Source of the DNA: Paraspadella gotoi
Taxonomy: Eukaryota; Animalia; Chaetognatha
DNA length: 64,000 bases
Assembly: GCA_051294375.1 (NCBI GenBank)
Contig: CM119265.1
Location: 21,199,978-21,263,977 of the forward strand
Reading direction: 5' to 3'
The position numbers and the translations under genes are program-made. This document shows positions 1 through 13,930 of the stretch, one piece after another; positions within the stretch are counted from its first letter, which is position 1; each line of letters begins with the position of its first letter. A model generated the notes under the pieces. It worked only from the letters and a program-made list of their open reading frames with translations, was not told where the DNA came from and did not search any database.

Positions 1-544
1 TACCTGCCTATTCATGCGCCTCCGTTCGCTCAAAAACACCCAGTTTTTTCTCCCTCTCTCCTCTACAACTACTCTTCTCTCTCGTCTCTCCATCCACTCT
101 TCCTCTCTCTTCTCGCTCTCCACTCATGCTCTCTATCTCTCTCTCTCTGCTCTCTCTTCCCTCTCTTCTCCTCTCTCTGCTCTCTCTTCTCTCTCTTCTC
201 CTCTCTCATCGCTCTCTCTTTGTCTCTCTCTCGATTTCGCTTTTTCAGCTGATCGAGTATCCCTGTAATCATCTTATCATTACTTTTTCTTCTTCATTCA
301 CCTGACTTGTTGTGGTTAGTTTGCACAATACAATTCCAAACTCACCCATTGATAACAATGACCTAATTATCACAGTTCAAAAACAACGGGCCTATTTTCT
401 AAAGAATCAGGAGATGCCTTTTTGATTACATTGAAAAAATAACGTTAAGAAAAAACTCCGTCGCAGTGCCACCATAGCAGACCCCGTTTCTGGCATCCTT
501 TTAAAAAAAGAAAAATAGAAGAAGAAAAATTCACATGCAAAGAG

Positions 545-1150
545 AGAGGAGGATGAGGTTAAGGAGGTTTGAGGAGTGCACAACGCCAGGGGAGGCAAAT
601 TAAGGAGTTGAAAGCAGCGGCATCGAGGATGAGGAGTTGAAAGGCGGACATACACACACCACACTGGGGAGGGCGAGGAATGAGGAGAGCTTGAAAGAAG
701 GGCGTAGGATGAGCCTCGAGGCGACGAGGAGTTGAAATAGCCTAGTCGGGAGGATTGAGGATGTTGAAAGAGGATGAGGATGAGGAGTTGACAAGAGGGA
801 GGATGAGCGGAGGACGTGAGCAGAGTTTGAAATAGGGAGGATGAGGAGTTGATAAAAGAGGGTAGGTATTAGGAGTGAAAGAGGGAAGGATGAGGAGTTA
901 AATAGGGAGAACGAGGGAGTTGAAAGTAGGTTAGGCTGAGAGAGACGAGAAGTTGAAATAGGGGAGGGAATAGGAGGAGTGAAAAGAGGGAGGATGAGGA
1001 GTTTGACAAGTATGGGAGGTATGAGCGTCAAGAGACGAGAATTGACCAAATCAGCGGGAGATGAGGAGTTGAAAGTAGGGGCGGCCGAATGCGATGAGAG
1101 TGTGAGAAAGAGGGGGAAGGAGAGGAGTTGGACAAGTCGGGAAATGCATG
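545..1150 (+). repeat. Noisy copy of the 23-bp GAGGAGTTGAAA... minisatellite
   Basis: Repeated gaggagttgaaa cores with many indels; flanks match 4083-4320 and 4830-5147. Confidence 0.75.
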
Positions 1151-4100
1151 AGATTAGAGGAGTTTTTAAAACTATGAGTTGTTCACAGGGTACTTCAATG
1201 GACCATAAATTCTACAAAAACAAAAGCAAAAAAAGAAATACAAAGAATATCGGCCCGCATTCTTATTGCCACTCATTAATCCCACTTACATTCTTCGTTA
1301 GAATAAGCAATAGTAATTTTTAAAAAACTGCTCAGTGGCGTAAAAAGACAGTAGGGGAAAGAAAGCCACCGTATACTAAGGAAATGCTAACCCATGTCCA
1401 CATTAACTGGTGTTTGTTTACAACAAATCTCCTCCTTAGTTCGCACATAGAAAGAATAGAATTAGGCCCTCTCATATCTTTTCTTTCTGTTTTCACCCAC
1501 ATGATCCTCTCCTCTCTCTCGTCTCTCTCTCCTATCTCTCTCTCTTCTCTCTAACTCTCTCTCTCTTTTGCTCTCATCCTCTCTTTGCTTCCCCGACGTT
1601 CAACTTTTTTTATATTTTGTGAAAAAGATATTTTCTGCCGTAATTTTTATGGAGGGAAAGGGCATAAGGCTGCGCGAAGCCGTTCAATTAATAAAGGAAT
1701 AAAATTTGGCACAAAGCGACTGATAAACGAATTAGTATCAGACTGCGCCGGCCTTACGCGAATCAGGCTTATCTATTTCGTCGATTCTGAGAGACGCCAA
1801 CGTAATGTCTTTTTTGAGGGTCAGATCACGCTTGCAGAATCACAATACTAGGTGTCGGGGAGAGGAGAGAGAGAGAGAGAGATAGAAGAGAGAGAGATGG
1901 CAGATGACTGACCCTGAACCTGAGAGAAGACCGGACGAGAGAGAGCGAGAGAGAGAGATCATCCTGATAGGAGATGAAATGAGAGAGAAATATCGAGGCT
2001 AGGCCGCGAAGACTGCAGCACACGTAGTGAGACCACAAAAAAAAAAGAAAAGAAACAGAAAAGAAGAGAAAATACGAGAAAGAAACACAGAAATAGAGGA
2101 AAAGAGAGAGGACCATAGAAACAAAAAAAAATCTTAAAAATATATTTCTTCTGCGGAAATATATATATAATTCATAAATTGGGTTTTTCCACAATCGCTC
2201 GGGCGGTGAGAGTCTAACCGTCTGTTGCGAGAACGAGCCTCATGTTAAATGTATTACTTTAATTAGATTTCTCCTAAAAAAATTTTTTCTTCAATAATTT
2301 TTTTCTCTTTTAGAAAACCAAATTGACTTTGCGTTTTTTACCTTATCCAAGGTTTTTCTTTCTTTTCTATTTTCTTTTGCTTATTTTTTTATTTTTGGAC
2401 GGAACAGAAAAAATCATTTTGTCATCGATAGAAAAAAAAAAAAACACAACCCCCATCACCCGATTTTTTATTCAAATATTTTTTTTCGCTTAAAATTCAA
2501 AAAATTATAAAAGAAACAAAAAATTCAAGCTCAAAAAAAAAAAAAAAAAGAAGAATAAAATTAAAATAAAAATACCGTACATAAAACAAAAACAAAAAAA
2601 AAAAAAGATCATGAGGAAAATTGTCCACATCCTATCACTCTTAAACTGATATTCGGACTCCGAGAAACGGAAAAGAAAAGAGAAATGCTCCGGTTCCATC
2701 GATCCTAGAGCACAAATTTGCGAATTTTTTTTTTTGAGGACAGTGAGTATTGTTTTTCTTTGCCCTCAATTTTCTTTTTTCTATTTTTTGAACGCTTTTT
2801 CCTTTTTCTCGCGTAGGGAATTTTCTTTCTCCGCGTCGGATTTTATTATTTTGATATTATCGCTGGAAAAAAGGACGGTTAACGGGTCGTAAAATAATGT
2901 ATGCGTGCGCTGTGTCCGATTGAACAGTACTACCATCGCAATTTGTTTTACTATCGTAAATAGTATAAGTTATATATATATATATATAGCGGCTGCGCAT
3001 TCTGTTCGAATCGCAACGTTCTGATCAAGATTCCCTATATATTTTATAAATCTATTTAAAACTGCATAGTCAAGGCCCATATAAATTATATCAATTATGG
3101 CGCTACGATTTGAGTTAGCTGCCTTAGCGTCTTGGGGAACCAACGGAGTAGCAGCGCGATCGAAAATTCCCATTTATTCATGCCCAAAAAATGGTATTTA
3201 AATTGAAACTGGTCACACCGCAGTTTTTCCCTCTTTTCCCAAATAAAACCTGCTTCGATCTTTTGTAAATCAGAACAAATCATACATCATCAGTATGGTT
3301 TCGGATAGCTTATTGTCTTTCTCTAACTAGATAAAAAAAGAAAAGTTTAAATTCTGTGCAATCTTGGAAATGCTTGATAAAGCAATTCAAATGAAACTGA
3401 GTTTTTAGGTGGAAAACTGCATAGTCAAGCCTTCAATCTTTTTTTTGTTCTAAAGACCATCGAAAGAAACTATATTGTTTTTTATATCTGTTTCAGTTAG
3501 AGCGCGGCAGGAATTTAGAGGAGTTATATAATTAAATTTATAGAGCAAATAGAAAGGATATCAAGAATTTGCACGCTAAAAGCTTTTTTTAAGCGCGTAT
3601 CCGTTTGTATTGAAACATGTTGACAGATAGGTTATCCCAATCGACAGGAATCAATTAAAAATAAAGCATTGATCATGCAGCATCCGGGCCAGAATAAATA
3701 GCCATATTTCAACATGGCCTTTACCGTATTTTACGTCCCTCTCCTTCTTTCCTCCTCAATCTTTGTCGAATAATCCTTCTCCTTTCTGCCTCCCAGATTC
3801 CGATATTCTCAGACCCAGAATTCATTCCACAATAGAATCCATTTATGCTTCTATGCCTCCGCAAAANNNNNNNNNNNNNNNNNNNNNNNNNNNNNNNNNN
3901 NNNNNNNNNNNNNNNNNNNNNNNNNNNNNNNNNNNNNNNNNNNNNNNNNNNNNNNNNNNNNNNNNNNNNNNNNNNNNNNNNNNNNNNNNNNNNNNNNNNN
4001 NNNNNNNNNNNNNNNNNNNNNNNNNNNNNNNNNNNNNNNNNNNNNNNNNNNNNNNNNNNNNNNNNNNNNNNNNNNNNNNNNNTTTTTTCAGTGATCGAGT

Positions 4101-4324
4101 TTCTATCTCTATCATACTTTTCTTTTCATTCACTCGATTGTTTGTTAGTTGCTACATACAATTCAAACTCACCCATTGATAACAATGCCTAATTATCACA
4201 TTCAAAAACAAACGGGATTTTTAAAGAATCAGGAGATGCCTTTTGAACATAAAAAATAACGTTAAGAAAAAACCGTCGTTTCTGGATCTTTAAAAAAAAG
4301 AAAAAGAAGAAGGAAAAATGATGA

Positions 4325-4825
4325 AAGAAGAGAGAGGATGAGGTTGAGGAGGTTGAGGAGTTGAAAGAGGGGAGGATAANNNNNNNNNNNNNNNNNNNNN
4401 NNNNNNNNNNNNNNNNNNNNNNNNNNNNNNNNNNNNNNNNNNNNNNNNNNNNNNNNNNNNNNNNNNNNNNNNNNNNNNNNNNNNNNNNNNNNNNNNNNNN
4501 NNNNNNNNNNNNNNNNNNNNNNNNNNNNNNNNNNNNNNNNNNNNNNNNNNNNNNNNNNNNNNNNNNNNNNNNNNNNNNNNNNNNNNNNNNNNNNNNNNNN
4601 NNNNNNNNNNNNNNNNNNNNNNNNNNNNNNNNNNNNNNNNNNNNNNNNNNNNNNNNNNNNNNNNNNNNNNNNNNNNNNNNNNNNNNNNNNNNNNNNNNNN
4701 ATGAGGAGTTGAAAGAGGGGAGGATGAGGAGGACGAGAAGTTGAAATAGGGGAGGATGAGGAGTTGAAAGAGGGGAGGATGAGGAGTTGAAAGAGGGGAG
4801 GATGAGGAGTTGAAAGAGGGAAAGA
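4325..4825 (+). repeat. 23-bp minisatellite (GAGGAGTTGAAAGAGGGGAGGAT)n, interrupted by an N gap
   Basis: Clean units at 4701-4820. A degraded copy of the array lies at ~545-1150. Confidence 0.85.
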
Positions 4826-7800
4826 TGAGATAGAGAAGTTTAAAACAATAGATGTCACAGGTATCAAGGACAAAATTGTACAAAAAAAAGAGAAAAAAGA
4901 AATAAATAGATAAACGCCCGATTATTGCACTTAATCCCCTAATTCTTGTTAAATAACAAATAGTAATTTTTAAAAAACTGCAGTGCGTAAAAAGAAGTAG
5001 GGAAAAAAGCCCGTAATACTTAGGAAATGCTAACCATGTCCACATTAACTGGTTTGTACAAAAATCTCCTCCTAGTCGCACATAGAAAGAAAGAATGGCC
5101 CTCTCTTTTTCTTTCTGTTTCACCCACATGACCTCTCTCTCTCTCTCNNNNNNNNNNNNNNNNNNNNNNNNNNNNNNNNNNNNNNNNNNNNNNNNNNNNN
5201 NNNNNNNNNNNNNNNNNNNNNNNNNNNNNNNNNNNNNNNNNNNNNNNNNNNNNNNNNNNNNNNNNNNNNNNNNNNNNNNNNNNNNNNNNNNNNNNNNNNN
5301 NNNNNNNNNNNNNNNNNNNNNNNNNNNNNNNNNNNNNNNNNNNNNNNNNNNNNNNNNNNNNNNNNNNNNNNNNNNNNNNNNNNNNNNNNNNNNNNNNNNN
5401 NNNNNNNNNNNNNNNNNNNNNNNNNNNNNNNNNNNNNNNNNNNNNNNNNNNNNNNNNNNNNNNNNNNNNNNNNNNNNNNNNNNNNNNNNNNNNNNNNNNN
5501 NNNNNNNNNNNNNNNNNNNNNNNNNNNNNNNNNNNNNNNNNNNNNNNNNNNNNNNNNNNNNNNNNNNNNNNNNNNNNNNNNNNNNNNNNNNNNNNNNNNN
5601 NNNNNNNNNNNNNNNNNNNNNNNNNNNNNNNNNNNNNNNNNNNNNNNNNNNNNNNNNNNNNNNNNNNNNNNNNNNNNNNNNNNNNNNNNNNNNNNNNNNN
5701 NNNNNNNNNNNNNNNNNNNNNNNNNNNNNNNNNNNNNNNNNNNNNNNNNNNNNNNNNNNNNNNNNNNNNNNNNNNNNNNNNNNNNNNNNNNNNNNNNNNN
5801 NNNNNNNNNNNNNNNNNNNNNNNNNNNNNNNNNNNNNNNNNNNNNNNNNNNNNNNNNNNNNNNNNNNNNNNNNNNNNNNNNNNNNNNNNNNNNNNNNNNN
5901 NNNNNNNNNNNNNNNNCGAGAAAGAAAACAAGAAATGAAAAGGAAAAAAATAAAAGAAACAAAAAAATCTTAAAAATATTTTTCTGCGGAAAAAGTTCAT
6001 AAATTGGGTTTTTCCACAATCGCGCTAACGAGAGAACGAGCCTCTTAAATTTTACTTTATAGATTTCTCCAAAAAATTTTTTTCTAATAATTTTTTTTCT
6101 CTTTTAAAAACCAATTGACTTTGCGTTTTTACCTTTCCAGGTTTTTTCTTTCTTTTATTTTCTTTTCTTTTTTTTTTTTNNNNNNNNNNNNNNNNNNNNN
6201 NNNNTTAAACAAAGATTTGTACGCTTGTAGTTCAAATCTTAGTTCTCCGATTGAAAAAAAGTATTTCTTGGATAACTTTTGAAAAGAAAAGAGATAGCAA
6301 GGGTGATGTGGTTCAAAATTTAAAGCACGTATCATGGGACAAACCTTTCCCTTCAAGAGTTAATTAAATTTCACTATAATCTTACACAGCTTTTGTTTAA
6401 ATCTAAGTTAAAAAGCTATAAACCAATTTTTCCTGTATGTTAAAAATTGCGATGAGGGCATATGAATTTTTTTTTTTTCTTTTGTGATTTGAAAAAAGGG
6501 AAGACTGAATTACATTTTGTATTACCATTAAATTTCTTTTTTTCATTAAAAACTGCTTTATATTTTAAGTTAAAGTAAAAAACAAGCAAAAATTTATGTA
6601 GTAGCTTGATAAAATGTCTTTTAAAATATGAAAATGAAAATACAAAAAATGTGTTTAAAGCTTGATATAAACAGTCTTGGACTCGACCTTCTTGCCTGTG
6701 AAAAAAATCGTCACTTTTCATTATCTTCAACTGCAAAACAAAAAGCTTGAAAACCCAATAACTGCTTGTTATCATAATAAAATTTTAAAAAATACATAGC
6801 TGGCACATTTTTAAACAAGCAAGACATCATTGTGTAAATTGTATATGATAATTTTCTTAAAAAGAAAAAAAGAGAAATTTTTTATATCTTACTCATTTTT
6901 ATTTCTTCTTAAATAAAAAATTTCAACAGAAAAAAAATAATCTCGAGGAAAAAAAAAAAAAATTAAAAATCTACTCATCTTGAATGTCCAATCGTTTTTA
7001 CTGCATTAATAAAAGGTAGAATTTTTTTTAATTTCGCCCTTTTGCCCCCCAAGCCCCTAGACATGGAAGTGCCCCAAAATTTAAAAAAACATTTTTACTT
7101 GATGTGCATACAGCGAACCCGATTCTGAATTTTTGTAATTCTCCTTCAAACATATATTAAATAAACAATAATTATTTGCGCGAGATGTGACATTGGACAA
7201 TGCCACTGTAAAGGCTTCTTTCGTTACCCCACTTCCCCGAATTAATTTTTAAACCGAGGTTTTGGTTGTTTTTTCTCTAATTTGAGACATAACACACTAA
7301 CTTTTGGTAAATTACTAGTTTTGTCAATTTACACAATCTACTTCCGCGTAATCATCAGCCGGAACGTTTAGCGTGTCAAAAAAAAAATAGCGGAAAAAAA
7401 GAGTAAAACGTTCTGACAAATTTTAAAAATCGATGGAGGAATCTACATCACCCGATTTTTATTCAAATATTTTTTTTTTCCGCATTAAAATTCAAAAAAT
7501 TTTATAAAAAGAAAAAAAATTCAAGCTCAAAAAAAAAAAAAAAATTAAAATAAATAAAAAATAAAATAAAAATACGATACATAAACAAAACAAAAAAAAA
7601 AGATCATGAGAAAATGTCACATTCTATCTTAAACTGATATTCGACCTCCCGAAAGGAAAAAAAAGAGAAAATGCTCCAAGGTTTCCATTCGATCCTGGAG
7701 CCAAATTTGAATTTTTTTTTTGAGGACAGGAGATTGTTTTTCTTTTGCCCTCAATTTTCTTTTTTCTATTTTGAGCTTTTTTTTTTCTCGGTAGGAATTT

Positions 7801-8899
7801 CTTTCTCCGGTCGGATTTTTATATTTTGATATTATCGTGGAAAAAGGACGGTAACGGGTCGTAAATTAATGTATCGTGCGCTGTGTCCGATTGAACAGTA
7901 CTTTACATGCATTGTGTTTCTATCGTAAATAGTATAAGTTATGAGTATATATTAATATATAGGGCGCTGCCGCATCGTTCGAATCGAACTTCTGATCAAT
8001 GATTCCTCTTGATATTTGACTTTCCTATCAAAACTGGCCATGTCCAAGGCCGATGAGTCAAATATACTCCAATCATTGGTAGATTTCGAAAGGCTAGCTC
8101 TTGGGGGAAGCCAGAACGAGGTATGAGCGCGATCGAATTTCCCATTTTTATCATCCCAAGAGAATGGTATTTAAATGAACTGGTCAGACCGTTTTTTTCC
8201 CTTTTCCCAGAAATAAACCTGCTTAATCCTTTTGTAAAAATAGAAACAAATCATACATATTCAGTATGGTTCGGATAGCCTTATTGTTCTCGACTAGATA
8301 AAAAAAGCAAAAGTTTAAATTCTTGCATCTTGAATGCTTGATAATAGCAATCAGAATGAATGGGATTTTAGGGGTTGAGAAACTTGCATAGGTCAAGCCT
8401 GGATTTTTTTTTGTCTTAAGACCATCGGACAAGAAACTGATATTGGTTTTTACTATCCTGTTCAGGTAGACGCGCGGGTCAAATTAGAGAGTTTAATTAG
8501 AACTTTAGAGCAATAAAGGAATATCAATGTTTTGTGCATCGCAAAAGCTCTTTTAAGCGGCGTTCCCGAGTCCTGTATGGAAAATGGCGTTGACGTGTTA
8601 TCCAACCTGAGGACATCAGATTTAAAAATGAAGCGATCGATCATGCGGCGATCCGGGCCAGGATAAATACCCATATTTCAACGATGGGTTCACCGTATTT
8701 TTACGTTTTAGAACGCAGTCTGTATAAATGTTTGAATTTCACGCCTGTGATGTGAGTTGCTCAGGCCGTCGTTGTCCCTTGTTGTCGTCTCTTATCTATC
8801 TCTTGAAGAGACAGTTAAATTATTGTGTATTGTGATAGTGAAGAAAAGCCGTTCAATAAAATCTTAAAAGCACATAGTGGATCGAGCCTACTCTTTAAT

Positions 8900-9130
8900 C
8901 GAAACCAGATAATTGGATCGCGATGATAATCAAAATATTGTGAGCGATGCATAACAATATTGATGCGCAGCATTACCGAAGCGATGCATCGCGATATCAA
9001 CCAAATGATGGATGCGATGATAGTCATCTCATGGTGATGCGATGATGTAATATTAATCTGATGCGATGTAGTCCTGCAATTGATCGGGATATAATCACTT
9101 CATTGATGCGATGATAGTCATTCATTGACG
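8900..9130 (+). repeat. Degenerate tandem array with GATGCGATGATA(G/A)TC core
   Basis: Repeated gatgcgatg / atcgcgat..atc units at roughly 20-25 bp spacing. Confidence 0.55.
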
Positions 9131-9144
9131 TGACAATGACTTGA

Positions 9145-10215
9145 AAAAAGTAATGCATATTGTTAAAAAAAAGTATGCATACTCTCAAGGAAAAGCTATG
9201 CATACTTTTGAAAAAAGTATGCATACTTTTTTCAAAGTATGCATACTTTTTTCAATGTATGATACTTTTTAAAGTATGCATACTTTTCTTTAAACTTTTT
9301 TCAAAGTATGCATACTTTTTTCAAAGTATGAATCACTCTCTTTTCGAAGTAGTTATACTTTTTTCAAAGTATGCACTACTTTTTTCATAGTATCTGTGAT
9401 ACTTTTTTTGAAAAGTATGCATAACTTTTTTGAAGTATGCATCTTTTTTTAAAATATGCATACGTTTTTTGCAGAAGTGATCGGCCATACTTTTGAGAAG
9501 AAAGAATTGCACACATATACTCTTTTTTTCAAAGTAAGATGGCAAGAATTTTATTGAAAGTATGCCATAACTTTTATGATCGTCTAACGATATATGCATA
9601 CTGTAATCCCAAAGTGCATCATACTTTATAAGTATACTTAGGCCATTGACTTATTTTTAAGAATTTTTTCACAAAGTATGCATCATATTTTTCAACAGTA
9701 TGCATACTTTTTCTCAAAGTATGCATACTTTTTTAAAAGTATGCATCACTCTTTTTTAAAATATGCATACTTCTTTTTGACAACGTATCGATAGCGTGTT
9801 ATCAAAAGGCTAGTGCATGGCTTTTTCAATATCATACTTTTTATATTTTCTCGTCACCGTAGCGATAGACATGAGATCTTTGTTGAATAACTGGCAATAC
9901 TTTTTTTATAACTTGTTTTTCAAAAGTACTGCGATACTTTTTCAAAGTATGCATACTCTTTTTGAAGTATGTATACTTTTTTCAAAGTATGCATACTTTC
10001 TTTCAGAAGTACGCATACTTTTTTTTCCAAAGTAATGCATCTTTTTTTGAAGTATGCATAACTTTTTTCAACTTGCATTACCTTTTTTCAACTTGCATAC
10101 TTTTTTCAACTTGCATACTTTTTTTCAACTTGTCGGGCATATCTTTTTTCAATTGCAATCCTCATTTTTCAGCTTGCTACTCTTTTTGCAGACTTATCGC
10201 ATACTTTTTTAACTG
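9145..10215. repeat. ~20-bp satellite (TTTTTTCAAAGTATGCATAC)n grading into (TTTTTTCAACTTGCATAC)n
   Basis: Dozens of aaagtatgcatacttt units from 9170 to 10060, then caacttgcatac variants from 10060 to 10210. Confidence 0.9.
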
Positions 10216-11450
10216 ATTACCGCTTAAATTATCCTTAGTCAAAATCCGACATTGTTTGCTCAAACCTATGTTCATAAGTAATAAATGAGTAGGCCGGAAT
10301 TCAGATTGCAATTTTAAATATTAAACCTATCGTTCATCATGAATTAGTTTAATTAATTTTATTCATTACAGTATGGGCACTCACACTTTACTTACCATTA
10401 TCAAGTCATATCTTTTTAATTATAGTTTTTATTGCTATCTCAATATTAAATACTAGGTTTTATCGAAATAAAATTAAATGATTTAGAAAGTGAAAAAATT
10501 AATAACATCGTGAAGAAGCGATTAGTTGAATTCTTAATCTAGAATTAACGATATTAAATTAGGAGTTTAATTTAATAGTAGTTGTCTGACTAGGTAAAGG
10601 TACATCAGTCAAGAATAATACTTTCAAATCTTACACTTTCTTCTGGCTCTCTTGGTCTTTTTCCCTTTTTTATTCTGTTATACATTATTGTATATTTTTT
10701 GTGATTAATTTGTAAGGATTCCTTTTTTCCGGGCTTCGCTATTCTATTTTCTCTTATAAGGCCCGCCGTTCGCCGCATAATCGCTATTATCGGTTACACA
10801 AGCTTAGTAACTAGCGCGTAGTTCAAATCCTTATTGGACAAAACGAGTTCGATTTTTGAAGCGAAAGTTGATCGACTTGAAAGGGCGATTTCTTCGCGAC
10901 TGTTTTATTGCCAATAACTTTTGAACGGGATTATCCGATTTTTTATGAAATTATTGCATATAGTAAGTAGTAACATTTTAAATCTCCCTATCGAGTCACT
11001 AGCGTATCCATTAGAAAAATTTTATTTAAAATAGCTCAATAGTTTAGAAACAGATGCACATGCCCCAATATATAGTATATGAAGTTGTGTTATTCTGGTG
11101 ATTCGTTTTGAAATCGTAATATTAGTAGATTTTTTTCAATTATAATTTGAAAAAAATAATGTGTTATAACATTATTTGACTCTGTATGCTAGCTTCCAGC
11201 TGCTACTGCTAATCTGTTGATCACACAGATTATCGAACCATATATATATTTTATAGTTACGCAGGCGATAAAATTTTCGACGTGACAAATTTTTTTCTCA
11301 CTTTCTTTATTTCTTTTTTCTTTTCTTTCTTTTTTTCTCTTTTTTTTTGTTTGTTTTTTTCTTTTAATGGACGATTCCCCATAAAAATGAAAAAGAAATC
11401 CCAAAACGCAAACATAAAAAAAGTTTGGTTGTGAGAGAGAGAGAGAGAGA

Positions 11451-11497
<47 letters not shown>

Positions 11498-12197
11498 GAG
11501 GAGAGAGAGAGAGAGAGAGAGAGACGAGAGCAACCGAAGCCTCCGTGATCCCTGATGCCTTATGGATGGCGTTCCTCGTCACGAGGAGGAGAGAGAACAC
11601 ATTTAAAATGAATTCAAATTAATTTTCCGAATTCTTTGGCGGCCCGAAAAAAAACCCACGACAACATCAAAAAACTTGATTGATGACGCAGATAAAAAAG
11701 AGAGAGTTGAACGACTCACAGACGAGAGATGAGAGAGAGAGAGAGAGAGAGAGAGCAGAGAGAGGAGAGAGAGAGGAGAGAGAGAGAGAGAGAGGAGAGA
11801 TCTGCGAAATCGAGGTGTGGGCGATGAGGGTGAGGATATCAAAAAGGTGAGGTTATGATGCGAACGTGGTGAGAAAGCCGATGTTTACCTTTGTTTGTTT
11901 GGATGATGGATTGAGAATATTTTTTTACCCGCCTATTTTAGAATGAGAGAGATTTCGTTCTCTCTAATTTTATGCCGTTTTTTTTTTTTTATTTTAACAT
12001 TCGAAACGTCAACAAATGATATTTTTTAAATTCTTTTAGTTTTCAAACAAAGCTTGATTAGTGAAAAATTTTGTTGGGTGGATTCTCGGTTTGGCAATGG
12101 ACAAATGACATTTCTAGAAAGCGATTAAAGTTTAAATAATAGAAAAGAAGAGAGGAAAAAGGAGAAAAGAGACGAATTCATAAAAAACTATAGAGAG

Positions 12198-12240
<43 letters not shown>

Positions 12241-12593
12241 AAGAGAGAGAGAGAGAGAGAGAAGAGAGACGGATGCCTTTGGATTTAAAAAGATTAAAAG
12301 ACAAGAGAGAAAAGATTTGGAGGGGAATTTGCTTCTTCCATGAATTTTAGATGAGAAAGATAAGAAATGTAAGATAGAAAAAAAAAAGAAATAAAAGGAT
12401 TGAAAAAAATAAAAGTATGAAAGAAAGAGAAATAGAAATAAAGAAGAAAGAGAGATAGAAATAATGAAAAAGTGAAAAAAAAGAATAAGTAAGACAAAAG
12501 AATATAGTTATAAAAAGAATGTTTATACTGGATTAAAGATTTAAAAAACACTATAAGTATAAGTAAAAAAAAGATTAAAAACCAGAGAGAAAA

Positions 12594-12685
<92 letters not shown>

Positions 12686-13848
12686 GGATCTGAAAGCGTT
12701 TTCCCTTCCCGGTGAATTATCCCCCTTTTGATGTGAAGCCATTTTCTGGAAACGAGATCCCATAAGGATTTTGCCTCAGATATGACAATGATGACAAGGG
12801 GGATTGCAGACGGATTTACCGCCTTTCAAACCCGCGACGACGACGACGACGACGACGGCGATAATGACGGGGGTCGACGGTGACGAGGACCGCGATGACG
12901 ATGATCGTTACCCCGTGTGCGTTCGCGAGTGACGCCAAAAAAAATCTTTACTATGTTTTAAATATTTAATAAACATAATTCATAAGTACATCATTAGTCG
13001 GAGAACTACTTGACGTTTTTTATGAATAAGTTTCATTTCGTGTTTAATTTATTTACTATTCTTTGTTTAAATTTTCATCTAACACAGTAAAATTGGCAAA
13101 AAAAGACCATTTTAGGCGTTTTCTTGATTGAATTAAAAAATATTTATATCATAAGAAAACCCTATTAATGGTCTAATCAATGGCGTATCTGAATTATCTT
13201 AATGTTGAGTAATTTTTGACTAATGATTTTTTTATTTTTTTTAATTATAAAACTTGAGTTTTCTTTATACAATTCGTCCAATTAGAAAAAAATGCTGTCC
13301 TGAGCATGTTCTTGACAGTTTCTGAATTCTGAATTTAATGATGTAAACGAATTTTAATAATTCCAAGTATTTAATGAGTAACTAATTTAAAAAGATTTTC
13401 TTTTTTAAAAATATTCAGTTTTTTAATGAAGATGAAATTGGATGACCATTAAAGAAAAGTTCTTTTTACATATCAAATTAATCTTATGAAATTAAAATAA
13501 AATAAACGTCCAGTACTTTGCTACAGAATGAGGAAAAAAAATGTAAAAATATTTATCCAATGAGAAATGGTACGCATTTTTTTGGTGTCACTCGCGAACG
13601 GACACGGGGTATAACGGCGAATACGACGTCGGAAATCGTGATGATTGCGGCAACGTTGATGATGACGATTATTATGAAAACTGTGATAACAGTTATTACA
13701 TTGACAGCAAAGATAGAAATGATAGGATGATAGTAGAGCTGATGACGACGATGATTATATGATGGTGACGATGATAGGGATGAAAACGACGATGATACTT
13801 GATTTCAAGGGGATCAAAGAGGGGGAAGAATGTATAGATTTGTTGGTT

Positions 13849-13930
<82 letters not shown>

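Larger units (their letters stand above)
236..8706 (+). other. Duplicated blocks, likely assembly artefact: 236-2400 (noisy) = 4083-6179; 2454-3737 = 7447-8706 (noisy)
   Basis: Collinear direct copies in which one member carries dense single-base insertions, adjacent to N gaps. Confidence 0.8.

Noticed and set aside
2884-3739. Possible MITE bounded by gggtcgtaaaata / tattttacgtccc, with an internal 19-bp direct repeat (3059, 3413)
   Set aside because: The inverted match is short and imperfect, there is no TSD, and the right end differs in the duplicate copy.
5020-6019. Long ORFs (200-330 aa) spanning N runs, also at 24089-25078, 42526-43583 and 50881-51428
   Set aside because: They are open only because N gaps contain no stop codons; there is no coding signal.
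9145-10215. Regularly repeated palindromic units resembling a CRISPR array (also the 26-bp array at 20284-20558 and the 23-bp array at 4325-4825)
   Set aside because: Units are head-to-tail with no unique spacers, there are no cas genes, and the context is eukaryotic; these are satellites.
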